DNA of 64,000 nucleotides from Escherichia coli (GTDB lineage Bacteria; Pseudomonadota; Gammaproteobacteria; Enterobacterales; Enterobacteriaceae): NCBI RefSeq assembly GCF_003018255.1, contig NZ_CP027440.1; one strand, 5' to 3'. Shown piece by piece: positions 49,944 to 64,000 of this stretch (position 1 is its first letter; each line of letters starts with the position of its first letter). The notes under the pieces were generated by a model. It saw only the letters and a program-made list of their open reading frames with translations, ran no database searches and was not told where the DNA came from. The position numbers and the translations under genes were made by a program.

Positions 49944-51101
49944 TTAACGGGCTGGTGCTTTATCGTTCTCACGCTTGACAACCGGTTTACCAGAGAACAA
50001 AAACTTCAGTAACGGGATGCGTAAATGAATTTCATACAGAATTATCGCAATCCCTACTACGAATATCAGGCCACAGAGAAAACCAAGCCAGTTGGAGGTG
50101 ATGTGCGGTGTAATGTATGCGCCGAAAAACAGCGTTAACGGGTGGTGAACCAGATAGATAAACAGCGATGCGTTAACAAAATAAGTCACCCGCGCTGACT
50201 GGAAGTTAAGCAAACGGTGGCCAAAGGAGAAGACCACATTCACCATCCACAGACCGAGGACCATGGTGATCACCGACTCGGTTTCGTACATCCAGGCATC
50301 GCCACTGCCATAGCGCTGGTTGAGTAAATAAGCGACAAATGCCAATGCTGCTGCAAGGGTACAGCCACGAGACGGCGTGGTAAACAAGGCTTTAAGATGA
50401 GGGAAAATGAAAGCCAGTGCGCCGAGGATAAAGAACGGCAAATAAAATAGCGTTTGCATGACAATAAAATTGAACATGCCATTACTCAGAATGGGCGGAT
50501 ACACAATAAAAATCGTTCTTCTTATTACCGCATAACCGATGCCGAGGCACAAAAAAATCACCGATAGTTTTACCATCGAGAATTTTTTATTCGTTTTATC
50601 AGAATTTTCTAAATTATTTCTGATGCGTTTAAATATCCATACGCACAGCGTCGTCATGACTACTAACACCAGTAAAAACCACAGGTGTGATATTAATTCC
50701 CAGGCCAACGTATTATATTTGTCATACAATGATAGCCCAGGCCAACTTTCCGCTTTCCCTTTGACGTATTGCAGCATAATAAATTGCGGTAATGTCAGTA
50801 GGGGGATGGCTGTTAACATCGGGATACCTACACGTTCGACACGTACTTTCCACCATTTTTTCAAGGGATAGCGTAAAAAAAGCATGTAGGAAAAGTACCC
50901 GGATATAACGAAAAATACCTGCATGCGGAACGAGTGGATGAAGTCATTAAAAAGGGTCAGCCACAATGACGGTTCGGCGCTATTCACATGCCATGTATGG
51001 CTCGAATAGATTAAAGAAATATGAAAAGGGATCCCTAACAACATCAGCCAGGCGCGGATGGAGTCGAGGAAATATTCACGTTGCGCGGGTACTGGATTCA
51101 T
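49944..51101 (-). CDS. opgC: OPG succinyltransferase OpgC/MdoC (385 aa)
   Basis: 385-aa polytopic membrane acyltransferase [33 protein letters not shown]. Confidence 0.92.
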   Translation of the reverse strand: MNPVPAQREYFLDSIRAWLMLLGIPFHISLIYSSHTWHVNSAEPSLWLTLFNDFIHSFRMQVFFVISGYFSYMLFLRYPLKKWWKVRVERVGIPMLTAIPLLTLPQFIMLQYVKGKAESWPGLSLYDKYNTLAWELISHLWFLLVLVVMTTLCVWIFKRIRNNLENSDKTNKKFSMVKLSVIFLCLGIGYAVIRRTIFIVYPPILSNGMFNFIVMQTLFYLPFFILGALAFIFPHLKALFTTPSRGCTLAAALAFVAYLLNQRYGSGDAWMYETESVITMVLGLWMVNVVFSFGHRLLNFQSARVTYFVNASLFIYLVHHPLTLFFGAYITPHITSNWLGFLCGLIFVVGIAIILYEIHLRIPLLKFLFSGKPVVKRENDKAPAR

Positions 51102-51383
51102 ATATGGTTAACTAATCTCGGATTTTTCGTCTTATCCCTGTCGGGTTATGCCTTTAGGCTTGTTGCCATAGCGACACCGACCTGACCGCGCCAGGCGCAG
51201 GCTTCAAGGTTTTTATGCATAGCATCATCGCTACCACTAACCAGAATGGAAGCGTCTGTAAGACGGTTGATAAATAAATTTGCTGGCAAACCCTACACGA
51301 AGTCGATGCTTCTGTCTTTAGGAGAAGCACGGAAAGTGAAAACGGTTGCAATCAGGTGCTTAATCCATGAGCCAGCGTGCTGA

Positions 51384-55566
<4,183 letters not shown>

Positions 55567-55575
55567 AAACGTAGT

Positions 55576-55675
55576 TGCCTGATGCGCTACGCTTATCAGG
55601 CCTACATCGTTCCTGCAATTTATTGATTTTGCAAGATTTTGTAGGTCGGGTAAAGCGTTCACGCCGCATCCGGCA
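55576..55675. repeat. REP/BIME pair downstream of opgH
   Basis: gcctgatgcgctacgcttatcaggcctac ... gtaggtcgggtaaagcgttcacgccgcatccggca. Confidence 0.8.
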
Positions 55676-55737
55676 AAAACAACGAGCCAATAAAAATACC
55701 GGCGTTATGCCGGTATTTTTTACGGAAGAGGTATCAA

Positions 55738-55965
55738 ATGCGTTTAATTGTGATGAGCATAATGGTGACCTTGCTGAGTGGCTGTGGCAGCATCATTAGT
55801 CGCACTATACCGGGGCAGGGGCATGGCAACCAATATTATCCCGGTGTGCAATGGGACGTGCGTGACTCCGCCTGGCGTTACGTCACGATCCTTGATCTGC
55901 CATTCTCCCTGGTTTTCGATACTTTACTGCTGCCGATCGACATTCATCATGGCCCGTATGAGTGA
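55738..55965 (+). CDS. yceK: small outer-membrane lipoprotein YceK (75 aa)
   Basis: 75-aa ORF MRLIVMSIMVTLLSGCGSIISRT (lipobox). Confidence 0.88.
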   Translation: MRLIVMSIMVTLLSGCGSIISRTIPGQGHGNQYYPGVQWDVRDSAWRYVTILDLPFSLVFDTLLLPIDIHHGPYE

Positions 55966-56340
55966 TTAACGTTCATCCCACTCATCAGCTGCTGCGCGTC
56001 CTTCCTCGGTATCCAGCGGTGGCTCAAGCTGAAATTCCCCCTCGTCCCATTCATGTAATGTATTCTCTTCCTGCCACTCCTGGCGGATCTCTATCTCATC
56101 ATAGTCGCCATCAAAAACACTTTGCGCGGCTTCACCGCTAAGCATAGGTAAACATTCACCTTCTTCCCCTTCGTCGGCAAAAAACTCAACTTGCCACATG
56201 ATGTCGCCGTCCTGCAAAACGTATTTTTGGGCATTGAACTGTTGCACATTCGCATTTTCGGCGTCGATGCCGGGGTTGTCTGCAAGAAATTCTTCGCGTG
56301 CAGCGTCAATGGCTTCTTCAAGCGTTGCGTACATGGTCAT
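55966..56340 (-). CDS. msyB: acidic protein MsyB (124 aa)
   Basis: Track ORF trimmed to ATG at 56340 (MTMYATLEEAIDAAREEFLADNPG); highly acidic. Confidence 0.9.
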   Translation of the reverse strand: MTMYATLEEAIDAAREEFLADNPGIDAENANVQQFNAQKYVLQDGDIMWQVEFFADEGEEGECLPMLSGEAAQSVFDGDYDEIEIRQEWQEENTLHEWDEGEFQLEPPLDTEEGRAAADEWDER

Positions 56341-56422
56341 CACGATTCTCCCTTTGAGTTGATGAGGTTTCAGGGAAAAGGATAGCTGATTCTCCGCTTT
56401 TGCAAGTATGAAAGGCGAAAAA

Positions 56423-57649
56423 TCAGTTCGATACCTGGGGTATTCGACGACGACGTAGACTGTTCCATGAATAGACTGCGTTGAATAACACGACGCCAGC
56501 GGTGACGAGAAATACCGCTCTGAAACCGTAGTTCGCTGAAATCGCTGCTCCCATCAATGGTCCGGTAACGTTGCCAATATCACGAAACGATTGGTTATAG
56601 CTGAAGATACGCCCGGCGATTTGGTTGCTCGAGTTGTAAACCAACAGTGTCTGTACGGCGGGGAGTAGTGCACCATCGGCGGCACCGAGCAAAAAACGTA
56701 AAATCCCAAGTTGTAATGGCGTCTGAACGTAAGACATTGGGATCAACAGCAGTACAGAAAAGATCAGCGCCGTAATCAGGATCTTTTCGGGTCCGATTCG
56801 ATCGCCAAGTTTGCCGAGTCGTGGTGCACTTAGCAGAGCCGCCACGCCTGGCACCGAGGCGATCATGCCACTGATAAAGGCGACGTTACTGACGTTACCC
56901 GCCAGTTCGCGGACATACAGCGTCAGAATGGGGGCAATTGAGCCCGTCGCCACCTGGATGATTAACGTAGTGACAAACAGGCTGAGTACCAGTTTCGGGT
57001 TTTTAAGTGACGTCACCACTTCCCGCATGTGCAGCATCTCTTTTTTGCTGACCGGCTGGAATTTTTCTCTGATGCAAAACAGGGTGACGAAAAAGCAGAG
57101 TATGAGCACACTGGCGGTAATAAAGAATACCGGACGTAAGCCGTAGCTATCGGCGAGCAGGCCGCCAGCCATTGGGCCGAGCAACGCACCGCTAACGCCG
57201 CCTGTGGAAAGCGTCCCCAGCGCCCAGCCGCTTTTATTACGCGGTACTTGTGTGGCGATAAGAGCATTAGCGTTGGGGACAAATCCGCCAAGTAACCCAA
57301 GAAGCGCCCGCAGGATCAAAAACTGCCAGATATTTTGTGCCAGTCCCATCAACACCATCACGATGCCCATGCCGAGGGCAGAGCGTAATAGCATGAGTTT
57401 TCGGCCTTTACGGTCGGCGAGTCCACCCCAAAACGGTGAGGCGATGGCCGAAAATAAAAATGTAATGCTGAAGACAATACCGGACCACATATTCAAGGCG
57501 GAGTGGCCCGTAACGCCAAGCTGCTCAACGTAGAGGGGTAAGAAGGGCATTACCAGGCTGAAGGCGGCACCCGTAAGAAAACAGCCTAGCCAGGCGACGA
57601 TCAGGTTTCGTTTCCAGTTTATAGGGGTGTCATTTTCACAGGGTGACAT
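56423..57649 (-). CDS. mdtG: MFS multidrug efflux transporter MdtG/YceE (408 aa)
   Basis: 408-aa 12-[41 protein letters not shown]. Confidence 0.92.
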
Positions 57650-57820
57650 AGCAATCCGCTGTTGGTGCGCCAGGCGCGGTGAACATAAGAAGAAAAGATA
57701 AGCACACTAATTATGCGCCCGACTTCCAGGGGGCGCAATCCAGAGAGCTTTTATCGCTAAATCAGGGGGATTTGCTGTGGTAATGCCGGATGCTATTCTC
57801 AAGCATCCGGCTTGGGAGAT

Positions 57821-58741
57821 TTAATAGCGTGAAGGAACGCCTTCCGGACGTGTTTTAAAGCGACGGTGTAACCACATATACTGCTCTGGTGCCATCATGA
57901 TGCATTTTTCGACCACTTTGTTCATCCACGCGGCGGTAGTTTCGGCATCATCCAGCGGCGGAGAACACTCTGGCGGCAGCATAATCAACTGATACCCTTT
58001 GCCATCTGGCTTACGGCGTGGAACGAAGGGCACCAGACATGCGCCGGACATCCGTGCCAGCATCCAGGTTCCGGTCGTGGTCGCAGCCTGCTCAACGGCA
58101 AACAACGGGACAAAAACGCTTGAGCGCGGGCCGTAATCATGATCCGGTGCGTACCAGACCACTTCGCCTTTTTTCAGGGTTTTAATCATGCCTTTTAAAT
58201 CTTTGCGGTCGAGCATCGATTTATTTGAGCGCAAACGGCCCCAGGTTTGTAGCCAGTCAATCAGTGGATTATCGTTCGGGCGGTAAACGCCAATCCCCGG
58301 TTCCTGCATACCAAACTGCCGCGCACCAAGCTCCAGTGTCAGAAAATGGATGCCAACTAACAGGATGCCGCGTTTTTGCGCCTGCACGTCACGAATGTGT
58401 TCCATGCCGATCACTTCCGTCCAGCGGGCGATTCTGCGGTCCGGCCAGAACCACGCCATGCCGGTTTCCATCAGGCCCATGCCAACGGATTCGAAATTCT
58501 TCACCACCATTTTACGGCGTTCTTGTTCGCTCATTTCCGGGAAGCACAGTTCCAGGTTGCGATGCACAATTTTTGCGCGTCGTTTCATAAAACGTAACGC
58601 AAGTTTTCCTAATCCACAACCGAGGCGGTAGATAACCGGGTAGGGCAATTGCACGACTAACCAAAGTACGCCAATACCCAACCAGGTTAACCAATAACGC
58701 GGATGAAGCAGTGCGGTGGAGAACTTGGGTAGATTCGTCAT
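57821..58741 (-). CDS. lpxL: lipid A lauroyl acyltransferase LpxL/HtrB (306 aa)
   Basis: Track ORF trimmed to ATG at 58741 ([25 protein letters not shown]). Confidence 0.92.
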   Translation of the reverse strand: MTNLPKFSTALLHPRYWLTWLGIGVLWLVVQLPYPVIYRLGCGLGKLALRFMKRRAKIVHRNLELCFPEMSEQERRKMVVKNFESVGMGLMETGMAWFWPDRRIARWTEVIGMEHIRDVQAQKRGILLVGIHFLTLELGARQFGMQEPGIGVYRPNDNPLIDWLQTWGRLRSNKSMLDRKDLKGMIKTLKKGEVVWYAPDHDYGPRSSVFVPLFAVEQAATTTGTWMLARMSGACLVPFVPRRKPDGKGYQLIMLPPECSPPLDDAETTAAWMNKVVEKCIMMAPEQYMWLHRRFKTRPEGVPSRY

Positions 58742-58965
58742 ATCAATCCTGTTTTTCAACCTATACGGGCAATTGTATGTATTGTCGCATTTTTTCGCCC
58801 GCAACCAAAATTTGTGGCTGAAGACTGGGCGAAATTGCCGCGCTTGTAAATAACAAATAATTTTTAATGCGCAAATGTAGCGTAAAATGTGTGGATGTTA
58901 ATTATCGATAATTGCTATATCATGCCGCGGATTTTTACTTTCCCATCTCGCAGGAACCGTACACC

Positions 58966-60018
58966 ATGCCAGTGTTACACAACCGCATTTCCAACGACGC
59001 GTTAAAAGCCAAAATGTTGGCTGAGAGCGAACCGCGAACCACCATTTCGTTTTACAAGTATTTCCACATCGCCGATCCTAAGGCGACCCGTGACGCTTTA
59101 TATCAGCTGTTTACCGCGCTGGATGTTTTTGGGCGAGTGTATCTGGCGCATGAGGGCATTAACGCGCAAATCAGCGTACCTGCGAGCAATGTTGAAACAT
59201 TTCGCGCGCAGCTTTATGCCTTCGACCCGGCTTTAGAGGGCTTACGCCTGAATATCGCGTTGGATGATGACGGGAAATCCTTCTGGGTACTGCGCATGAA
59301 GGTCCGCGATCGTATCGTTGCCGACGGTATTGACGATCCTCACTTTGATGCCAGCAATGTGGGTGAGTATCTGCAAGCGGCGGAAGTGAACGCCATGCTT
59401 GACGATCCCGATGCATTGTTTATCGACATGCGTAACCACTATGAGTATGAAGTGGGGCACTTTGAAAACGCGCTGGAAATTCCGGCAGATACCTTCCGTG
59501 AGCAGCTGCCAAAAGCAGTAGAGATGATGCAGGCACATAAAGATAAAAAAATCGTTATGTACTGCACCGGCGGCATTCGTTGTGAAAAGGCCAGTGCCTG
59601 GATGAAACATAACGGATTCAATAAAGTCTGGCATATCGAGGGCGGAATTATTGAATACGCCCGCAAGGCGCGCGAGCAGGGTTTACCGGTACGTTTTATT
59701 GGCAAAAATTTTGTTTTTGACGAGCGGATGGGCGAACGTATATCTGATGAGATTATCGCGCATTGCCACCAGTGCGGTGCGCCGTGCGACAGCCATACCA
59801 ACTGTAAAAATGATGGCTGCCACCTGCTGTTTATTCAGTGTCCAGTATGTGCAGAAAAATACAAAGGTTGTTGTAGTGAAATTTGCTGCGAAGAAAGCGC
59901 GTTACCGCCAGAAGAACAGCGACGCCGTCGGGCAGGACGTGAAAATGGCAATAAGATCTTTAATAAGTCTCGTGGACGTCTGAATACAACACTGGGCATT
60001 CCTGATCCAACAGAATAA
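58966..60018 (+). CDS. trhO: tRNA uridine(34) hydroxylase TrhO/YceA (350 aa, rhodanese domain)
   Basis: Track ORF trimmed to ATG at 58966 ([23 protein letters not shown]); rhodanese Cys loop ([10 protein letters not shown]). Confidence 0.9.
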   Translation: MPVLHNRISNDALKAKMLAESEPRTTISFYKYFHIADPKATRDALYQLFTALDVFGRVYLAHEGINAQISVPASNVETFRAQLYAFDPALEGLRLNIALDDDGKSFWVLRMKVRDRIVADGIDDPHFDASNVGEYLQAAEVNAMLDDPDALFIDMRNHYEYEVGHFENALEIPADTFREQLPKAVEMMQAHKDKKIVMYCTGGIRCEKASAWMKHNGFNKVWHIEGGIIEYARKAREQGLPVRFIGKNFVFDERMGERISDEIIAHCHQCGAPCDSHTNCKNDGCHLLFIQCPVCAEKYKGCCSEICCEESALPPEEQRRRRAGRENGNKIFNKSRGRLNTTLGIPDPTE

Positions 60019-60059
60019 ATATCATTGCCGGATGCGTGCCATCCGGCAACATTTCACTC

Positions 60060-60635
60060 TTACTTCTGCTGTACGCCTTCCACTGAAATAATCAGATCCA
60101 CTTCCTGAGAAGCTGGACCTAAATCTGTCTTGATATTGAAGTCCTTGAGCTTAATTTTGCCTTCGGCCTCGAAGCCTGCACGTTTACCACCCCATGGGTC
60201 GTCGCCCTGACCAATTAATTTCGCTTCCAGCGTGACGGGTTTGGTTACGCCATTCAGCGTCAGATCGCCGGTAATATCCAGTTCGTCACCGTCTTTCTTC
60301 ACGCTGGTGGAGGTGAATGTTGCCTGTGGATATTTTGCAGTATTGAGGAAATCTGCACTGCGAAGATGTTTATCGCGTTCGGCGTGATTAGTATCGACGC
60401 TGGTGGTGTTAATTGTCACATTCACTTTATCGGCAGCTGGATTTTTTTCATCAAAGGTAAAAGTACCGTCGAAATCTTTAAAGGTGCCGTATAACCAGCT
60501 ATAGCCAAGGTGCTGTATGCGGAAGTTAACAAAGGCGTGCTGACCTTCTTTGTCAATTTTGTAATCGGCGGCAACCGCTGAACCGGCAGAGAACATCAGG
60601 GAAGCGAAGGTTAAACCAAGCAGGCTTTTTTTCAT
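60060..60635 (-). CDS. yceI: periplasmic YceI-family polyisoprenoid-binding protein (191 aa)
   Basis: 191-aa [41 protein letters not shown]. Confidence 0.92.
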
Positions 60636-60638
60636 TTT

Positions 60639-61205
60639 TTATACTCCATAGTCAGATGACGACTTTCCCAGCATGCGCTTCAGAGTGTCGTCTTTATCGA
60701 TGAAATGATGCTTCAGGGCCATAAATCCGTGCATAACGGACAGTACTACGACGCTCCACGCGAGCCAAAAATGCAGGGCACCGGCAAAGTCAGCCTGTGC
60801 GCCAGCGTCGGCGAGGGTCGCGGGGACGTCAAACCAGCCAAAAACGCTGATCGGTTTACCATCGGCAGTTGAGATCAGATAGCCGCTGATGCCGATGGCG
60901 AACAGCAATAAGTACAATGCGAGATGTCCAGCCTTTGCGCCAAGACGAGTCATGGGCGAATAACTCTGCAGCGGACCCGGCGGTGGAGATATGACGCGCC
61001 ACAGAACGCGAATAACCAGCCCCATCATTAACAAAATACCGATGCTTTTATGCAGTTCGGGTGCCTGGTGATACCAGCCATCGTAATAACTGAGCGTGAC
61101 CATCCACAGACCTAAAGCAAACATGCCGTAGACAATAATTGCGCTTAGCCAATGGAAGGCCGCAGATATAACACCATAGCGTTCAGGGGTATTTGTGAAT
61201 GACAT
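60639..61205 (-). CDS. yceJ: cytochrome b561-family membrane protein YceJ (188 aa)
   Basis: Track ORF trimmed to ATG at 61205 (MSFTNTPERYGVISAAFHWLSAIIVYGM); 3-nt gap to yceI. Confidence 0.88.
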   Translation of the reverse strand: MSFTNTPERYGVISAAFHWLSAIIVYGMFALGLWMVTLSYYDGWYHQAPELHKSIGILLMMGLVIRVLWRVISPPPGPLQSYSPMTRLGAKAGHLALYLLLFAIGISGYLISTADGKPISVFGWFDVPATLADAGAQADFAGALHFWLAWSVVVLSVMHGFMALKHHFIDKDDTLKRMLGKSSSDYGV

Positions 61206-61465
61206 AAGTGCATCCAAAACGACTTTGCGAGAGAAAGAAAATGGCGTGTCGGAGAATGAATTGCAACACAAAAATAACAATTTGAATGATATTTATTTTT
61301 ATTTCAATAATTTTGAATTAATAATGAAAGAATCTTCATAAGTTTAGTGGGTTCAGCATCAGAGATGTCTGGTGAGTGCTGTTGAAGCAGGAATAATCTC
61401 ATTCAATTTTTCACGCTAAATGAAAGGGAGATTAAATATTTGTCAGTTTATGTCAGTGCGGAAAA

Positions 61466-61606
61466 CTAAAAATAATACACATAGATCAGATCCATAATTG
61501 CCAACAATCCCCAGAGAAAAAGATAAAGCATCAGATGCTCGCGAATATTATTGATGAGATAGTGCAACAGCCGACGCATTAAATACTCCTGTAAAAACGG
61601 CCTCAT
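61466..61606 (-). CDS. yceO: small membrane protein YceO (46 aa)
   Basis: Not in the 60-aa-minimum ORF track; minus strand ATG at 61606 to TAG at 61466 encodes [46 protein letters not shown]. Confidence 0.75.
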   Translation of the reverse strand: MRPFLQEYLMRRLLHYLINNIREHLMLYLFLWGLLAIMDLIYVYYF

Positions 61607-61626
61607 TCTGGAGGCCGTAATGATGA

Positions 61627-62745
61627 TTATTGGAAGCGGGAAAGCCTGAATGGCGTCAAATCAAAATCGCTTTTTTTGTCTTGCGCAAAATCGGCAGCTA
61701 TTTCCCCTAAAACTGACGCAAATTTAAAACCGTGCCCACTCAGGCCGGTAATGAGCAGTGTATTATCGTGGCCGGGTAGGGTATCGATAATAAAATCTTC
61801 GTCAGGCGAATTATCATAGGTGCAGGCGGCGCCGTACAGGCAGCAACCGATACCCGGCAATACATTGCGCAAGAACGGGAAGGCTTCCGAACCATCGCTG
61901 ACCACTTCCGCAAACGGAACACGTTCATCCGCTGAATGGATAACCTGGCCTCCGTTATGTTTGCCAATCTTCAACGCGTCGTTTTCTGCCGGAAAACCAT
62001 AATATTGATCGCCATTGGGAAGTTCACCGGTAAACGCCGGGAATTTATTCTTCACGCTATAGCGCCCATCGGCCTGATACCAGGCAAATACTTTGCGTAC
62101 GGGCTGGACAGGCAACTCCGGGAGCAGGTCTTTTACCCATGTTCCCGCGCAGACAATCGCTTTTTTCGCCTGATACTCACCGTCAGCCGTTTCAATAGTT
62201 ACGCCATCATCGTCATGACGAATTGCGGTGACCGGGCAGTTGAACAGCTGCGCACAGCCCGCTTCCTTCGCCAGTTGGATCCAGGTTTTAATCGCCAGTT
62301 CGCTGCGTAAAAAGCCGGAATCAGTCTCAAATAAGCCGATGTAGTTGTCCGGGACGCGTATTTCAGGCCAGCGGGCCATAATCCCTTGCGCATCGAGCTT
62401 TTCAACGTTGAGTTGCCATTGTTCGGCGCTGTGGGCGACGTTGGCGAGAAATGTGGAATCAGCCGGGCCAAGGTTAATGACGCCAGAGCGTACAAAAATG
62501 GGATCTTCTTCGTTGTGGCGGGAGAGTTCATCCCACAGCGTTTGCGCGCGGAGAACCAGCGGGACATACTTTTCGCCTTCACCATAAGCATGGCGAATTA
62601 ATCGCGTATCGCCGTGGTGGCTGCCGTGTTGATGCGGTGGCATATGGGCGTCGGTCATTAGCACGTTTAAACCGGCACGGGTTGCATAATACCCGGCGGC
62701 AGCGCCTACGGAACCGCTGCCAATAATGATGAGATCGTATTTCAT
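61627..62745 (-). CDS. solA: N-methyl-L-tryptophan oxidase SolA/MTOX (372 aa, FAD)
   Basis: 372-aa [28 protein letters not shown] (Rossmann GxGxxG). Confidence 0.95.
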   Translation of the reverse strand: MKYDLIIIGSGSVGAAAGYYATRAGLNVLMTDAHMPPHQHGSHHGDTRLIRHAYGEGEKYVPLVLRAQTLWDELSRHNEEDPIFVRSGVINLGPADSTFLANVAHSAEQWQLNVEKLDAQGIMARWPEIRVPDNYIGLFETDSGFLRSELAIKTWIQLAKEAGCAQLFNCPVTAIRHDDDGVTIETADGEYQAKKAIVCAGTWVKDLLPELPVQPVRKVFAWYQADGRYSVKNKFPAFTGELPNGDQYYGFPAENDALKIGKHNGGQVIHSADERVPFAEVVSDGSEAFPFLRNVLPGIGCCLYGAACTYDNSPDEDFIIDTLPGHDNTLLITGLSGHGFKFASVLGEIAADFAQDKKSDFDLTPFRLSRFQ

Positions 62746-62859
62746 TTTTTTCTCTCTGCTCTCATGGTTTAAGCAGAGTAATTAACTGAATGCAGATATA
62801 CAACCCAGAAATGGTAAAGGCACCGGTGAGGTGCCTTTTGGGTGGATGGTCATGTCATG

Positions 62860-63114
62860 TTAATGACGCCGATACTCGTTTACCGGGAAATCACCGGATT
62901 CAATTTTGGCGATTCCTGCTTCTAATATCGAAATAAATTGTCTGGCAACATCAGTGGTTAACCAGAGCGTCTGACCAACTTCAGTCCCTTCCTGCTCGGA
63001 CTTATTTGGGGTCTGGTAGTGCAAACGCAACATCAGCGCATCATAGCTATCAACGGTGCTGATGTCCCACCCTACGAGCGGATGAGTCTGAATGACTTCA
63101 TTATTTTTTTCCAT
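62860..63114 (-). CDS. bssS: biofilm regulator BssS/YceP (84 aa)
   Basis: Track ORF trimmed to the second ATG at 63114 (MEKNNEVIQTHPLVGWDIST). Confidence 0.88.
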   Translation of the reverse strand: MEKNNEVIQTHPLVGWDISTVDSYDALMLRLHYQTPNKSEQEGTEVGQTLWLTTDVARQFISILEAGIAKIESGDFPVNEYRRH

Positions 63115-63360
63115 CATGGCCCCCTAATTCGTGTTACTAGACAACGTTATTCGAGGTTCAATGCGTTTTTATCTGAAGCAACTTCAGTATACCAATAAGT
63201 AAGGGTATTCACCGAATTTTTAAAGGGGGGAACAGATAAATTTTTGCTTTTAAGATTTATATGAACAATAAAACAGCATGTCATTCATATTTTTTTAGCA
63301 TATTGTGCAATTATTTTGAGGAAGTGTAGAAATTTTGTACTCACAATTCGCAAGTAAAAT

Positions 63361-63382
63361 AAAAAAGCCGGGGCGACCCGGC
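63361..63382 (-). terminator. rho-independent terminator after dinI
   Basis: gccggg-gcga-cccggc hairpin followed by T6 on the minus strand. Confidence 0.75.
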
Positions 63383-63403
63383 AAAAACAAAAATCACTGC
63401 ATA

Positions 63404-63649
63404 TTATTCGCTGACAAACCAGTCATCGGCGCTTTCCCACGTTTCCTGGAGAATTTCGCTAATGCGCTGTTTATCTTCTTTTGTCGCGCCAATAACCGAT
63501 AAATTATTCGCTGCGGCATAACGTACCGATACGTGGCCTTCATTATCAGGAAACGCATACTGAATACGGCGGGAAAGTTCGCCAGCCAGGGCGTCAATAG
63601 CCCCAGCTGGCAATGGAGAAGTTTTCGCTATGGTGACTTCAATTCGCAT
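63404..63649 (-). CDS. dinI: DNA damage-inducible protein DinI (81 aa)
   Basis: Track ORF trimmed to ATG at 63649 (MRIEVTIAKTSPLPAGAIDALAGELSRRIQYAF). Confidence 0.92.
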   Translation of the reverse strand: MRIEVTIAKTSPLPAGAIDALAGELSRRIQYAFPDNEGHVSVRYAAANNLSVIGATKEDKQRISEILQETWESADDWFVSE

Positions 63650-63670
63650 AATAGCCCCCTGTTGAATATA

Positions 63671-63686
63671 CTGGTTATTTATACAG
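63671..63686 (-). promoter_or_regulatory. LexA (SOS) box upstream of dinI
   Basis: Minus strand reads CTGTATAAATAACCAG, matching CTGT-N8-ACAG, about 20 bp upstream of the dinI ATG. Confidence 0.8.
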
Positions 63687-63722
63687 TTAAAATAACCTAA
63701 TGACAACAGGAAGCTACGATTT

Positions 63723-64000
63723 TTATTGTTTAACGGACCAGCGTACCGTTTCCCCGGCGAGGAATGGCACCAGCGTGTCATCAGTCAATGCGATGCTTTC
63801 AGCAACCTGTTGCTCTTTGCGGACCAGTTCGATGAATGTGTCGTTGACCGGCAAGCCATAGAACTGTGGGCCGTTTACAGAACAGAATGCTTCAAAGTGC
63901 TGCAGAGCATTCATCTCTTCAAAGACGGTAGCGTAACTGCCCAGCGCGGTTGGGGCGTTGAAGCAGCCCGCGCAGCCGCAGCTGCTCTCTTTGCGATGAC
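63723..64000 (-). CDS. pyrC: dihydroorotase PyrC, 3' portion only (gene continues past the window end)
   Basis: C-terminal peptide ...[60 protein letters not shown]; minus-strand frame remains open to position 64000. Confidence 0.85.
   Translation of the reverse strand, partial: HRKESSCGCAGCFNAPTALGSYATVFEEMNALQHFEAFCSVNGPQFYGLPVNDTFIELVRKEQQVAESIALTDDTLVPFLAGETVRWSVKQ

Noticed and set aside
51154-51351. 65-aa ORF in the opgC-opgG divergent intergenic region
   Set aside because: No SD and no recognisable protein; it lies in the promoter region of two divergent operons

Overview
This window reads as a contiguous, almost entirely conserved stretch of an Escherichia coli chromosome running from torS to the 3' end of pyrC; I did not find a convincing novel or undescribed system. 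Every long ORF in the track is accounted for by a gene I recognise from its translation (61 CDS plus one tRNA-Ser). Gene order: torS / torT / torR / torCAD (TMAO respiration) - cbpM-cbpA - agp - yccJ-wrbA - ymdF - rutGFEDCBA / rutR (pyrimidine catabolism) - putA / putP - efeUOB - phoH - pgaDCBA (PNAG) - dgcT - serX - ghrA - ycdXYZ - csgGFED / csgBAC (curli) - ymdAB-clsC - opgC / opgGH - yceK - msyB - mdtG - lpxL - trhO(yceA) - yceIJ - yceO - solA - bssS - dinI - pyrC (partial). Starts were re-derived from the six-frame track by trimming N-terminal extensions to the start codon matching the remembered protein length, and each start codon was checked in the sequence. Compared with what I recall of the K-12 MG1655 layout, this strain appears to carry an intact efeU and to lack yccE (between cbpA and agp) and the IS3-ymdE-ycdU segment (between dgcT and serX); these are recollections, not alignments. 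The most unexplained structure is a GC-rich nested-dyad element between putP and efeU and an AT-rich nested inverted repeat between the pgaA and dgcT promoters. Regulatory sites reported (tor boxes, sigma-54 promoter, PutA operators, Fur/Pho/LexA boxes) were read directly from the sequence against known consensus motifs. No searches or alignments were run.
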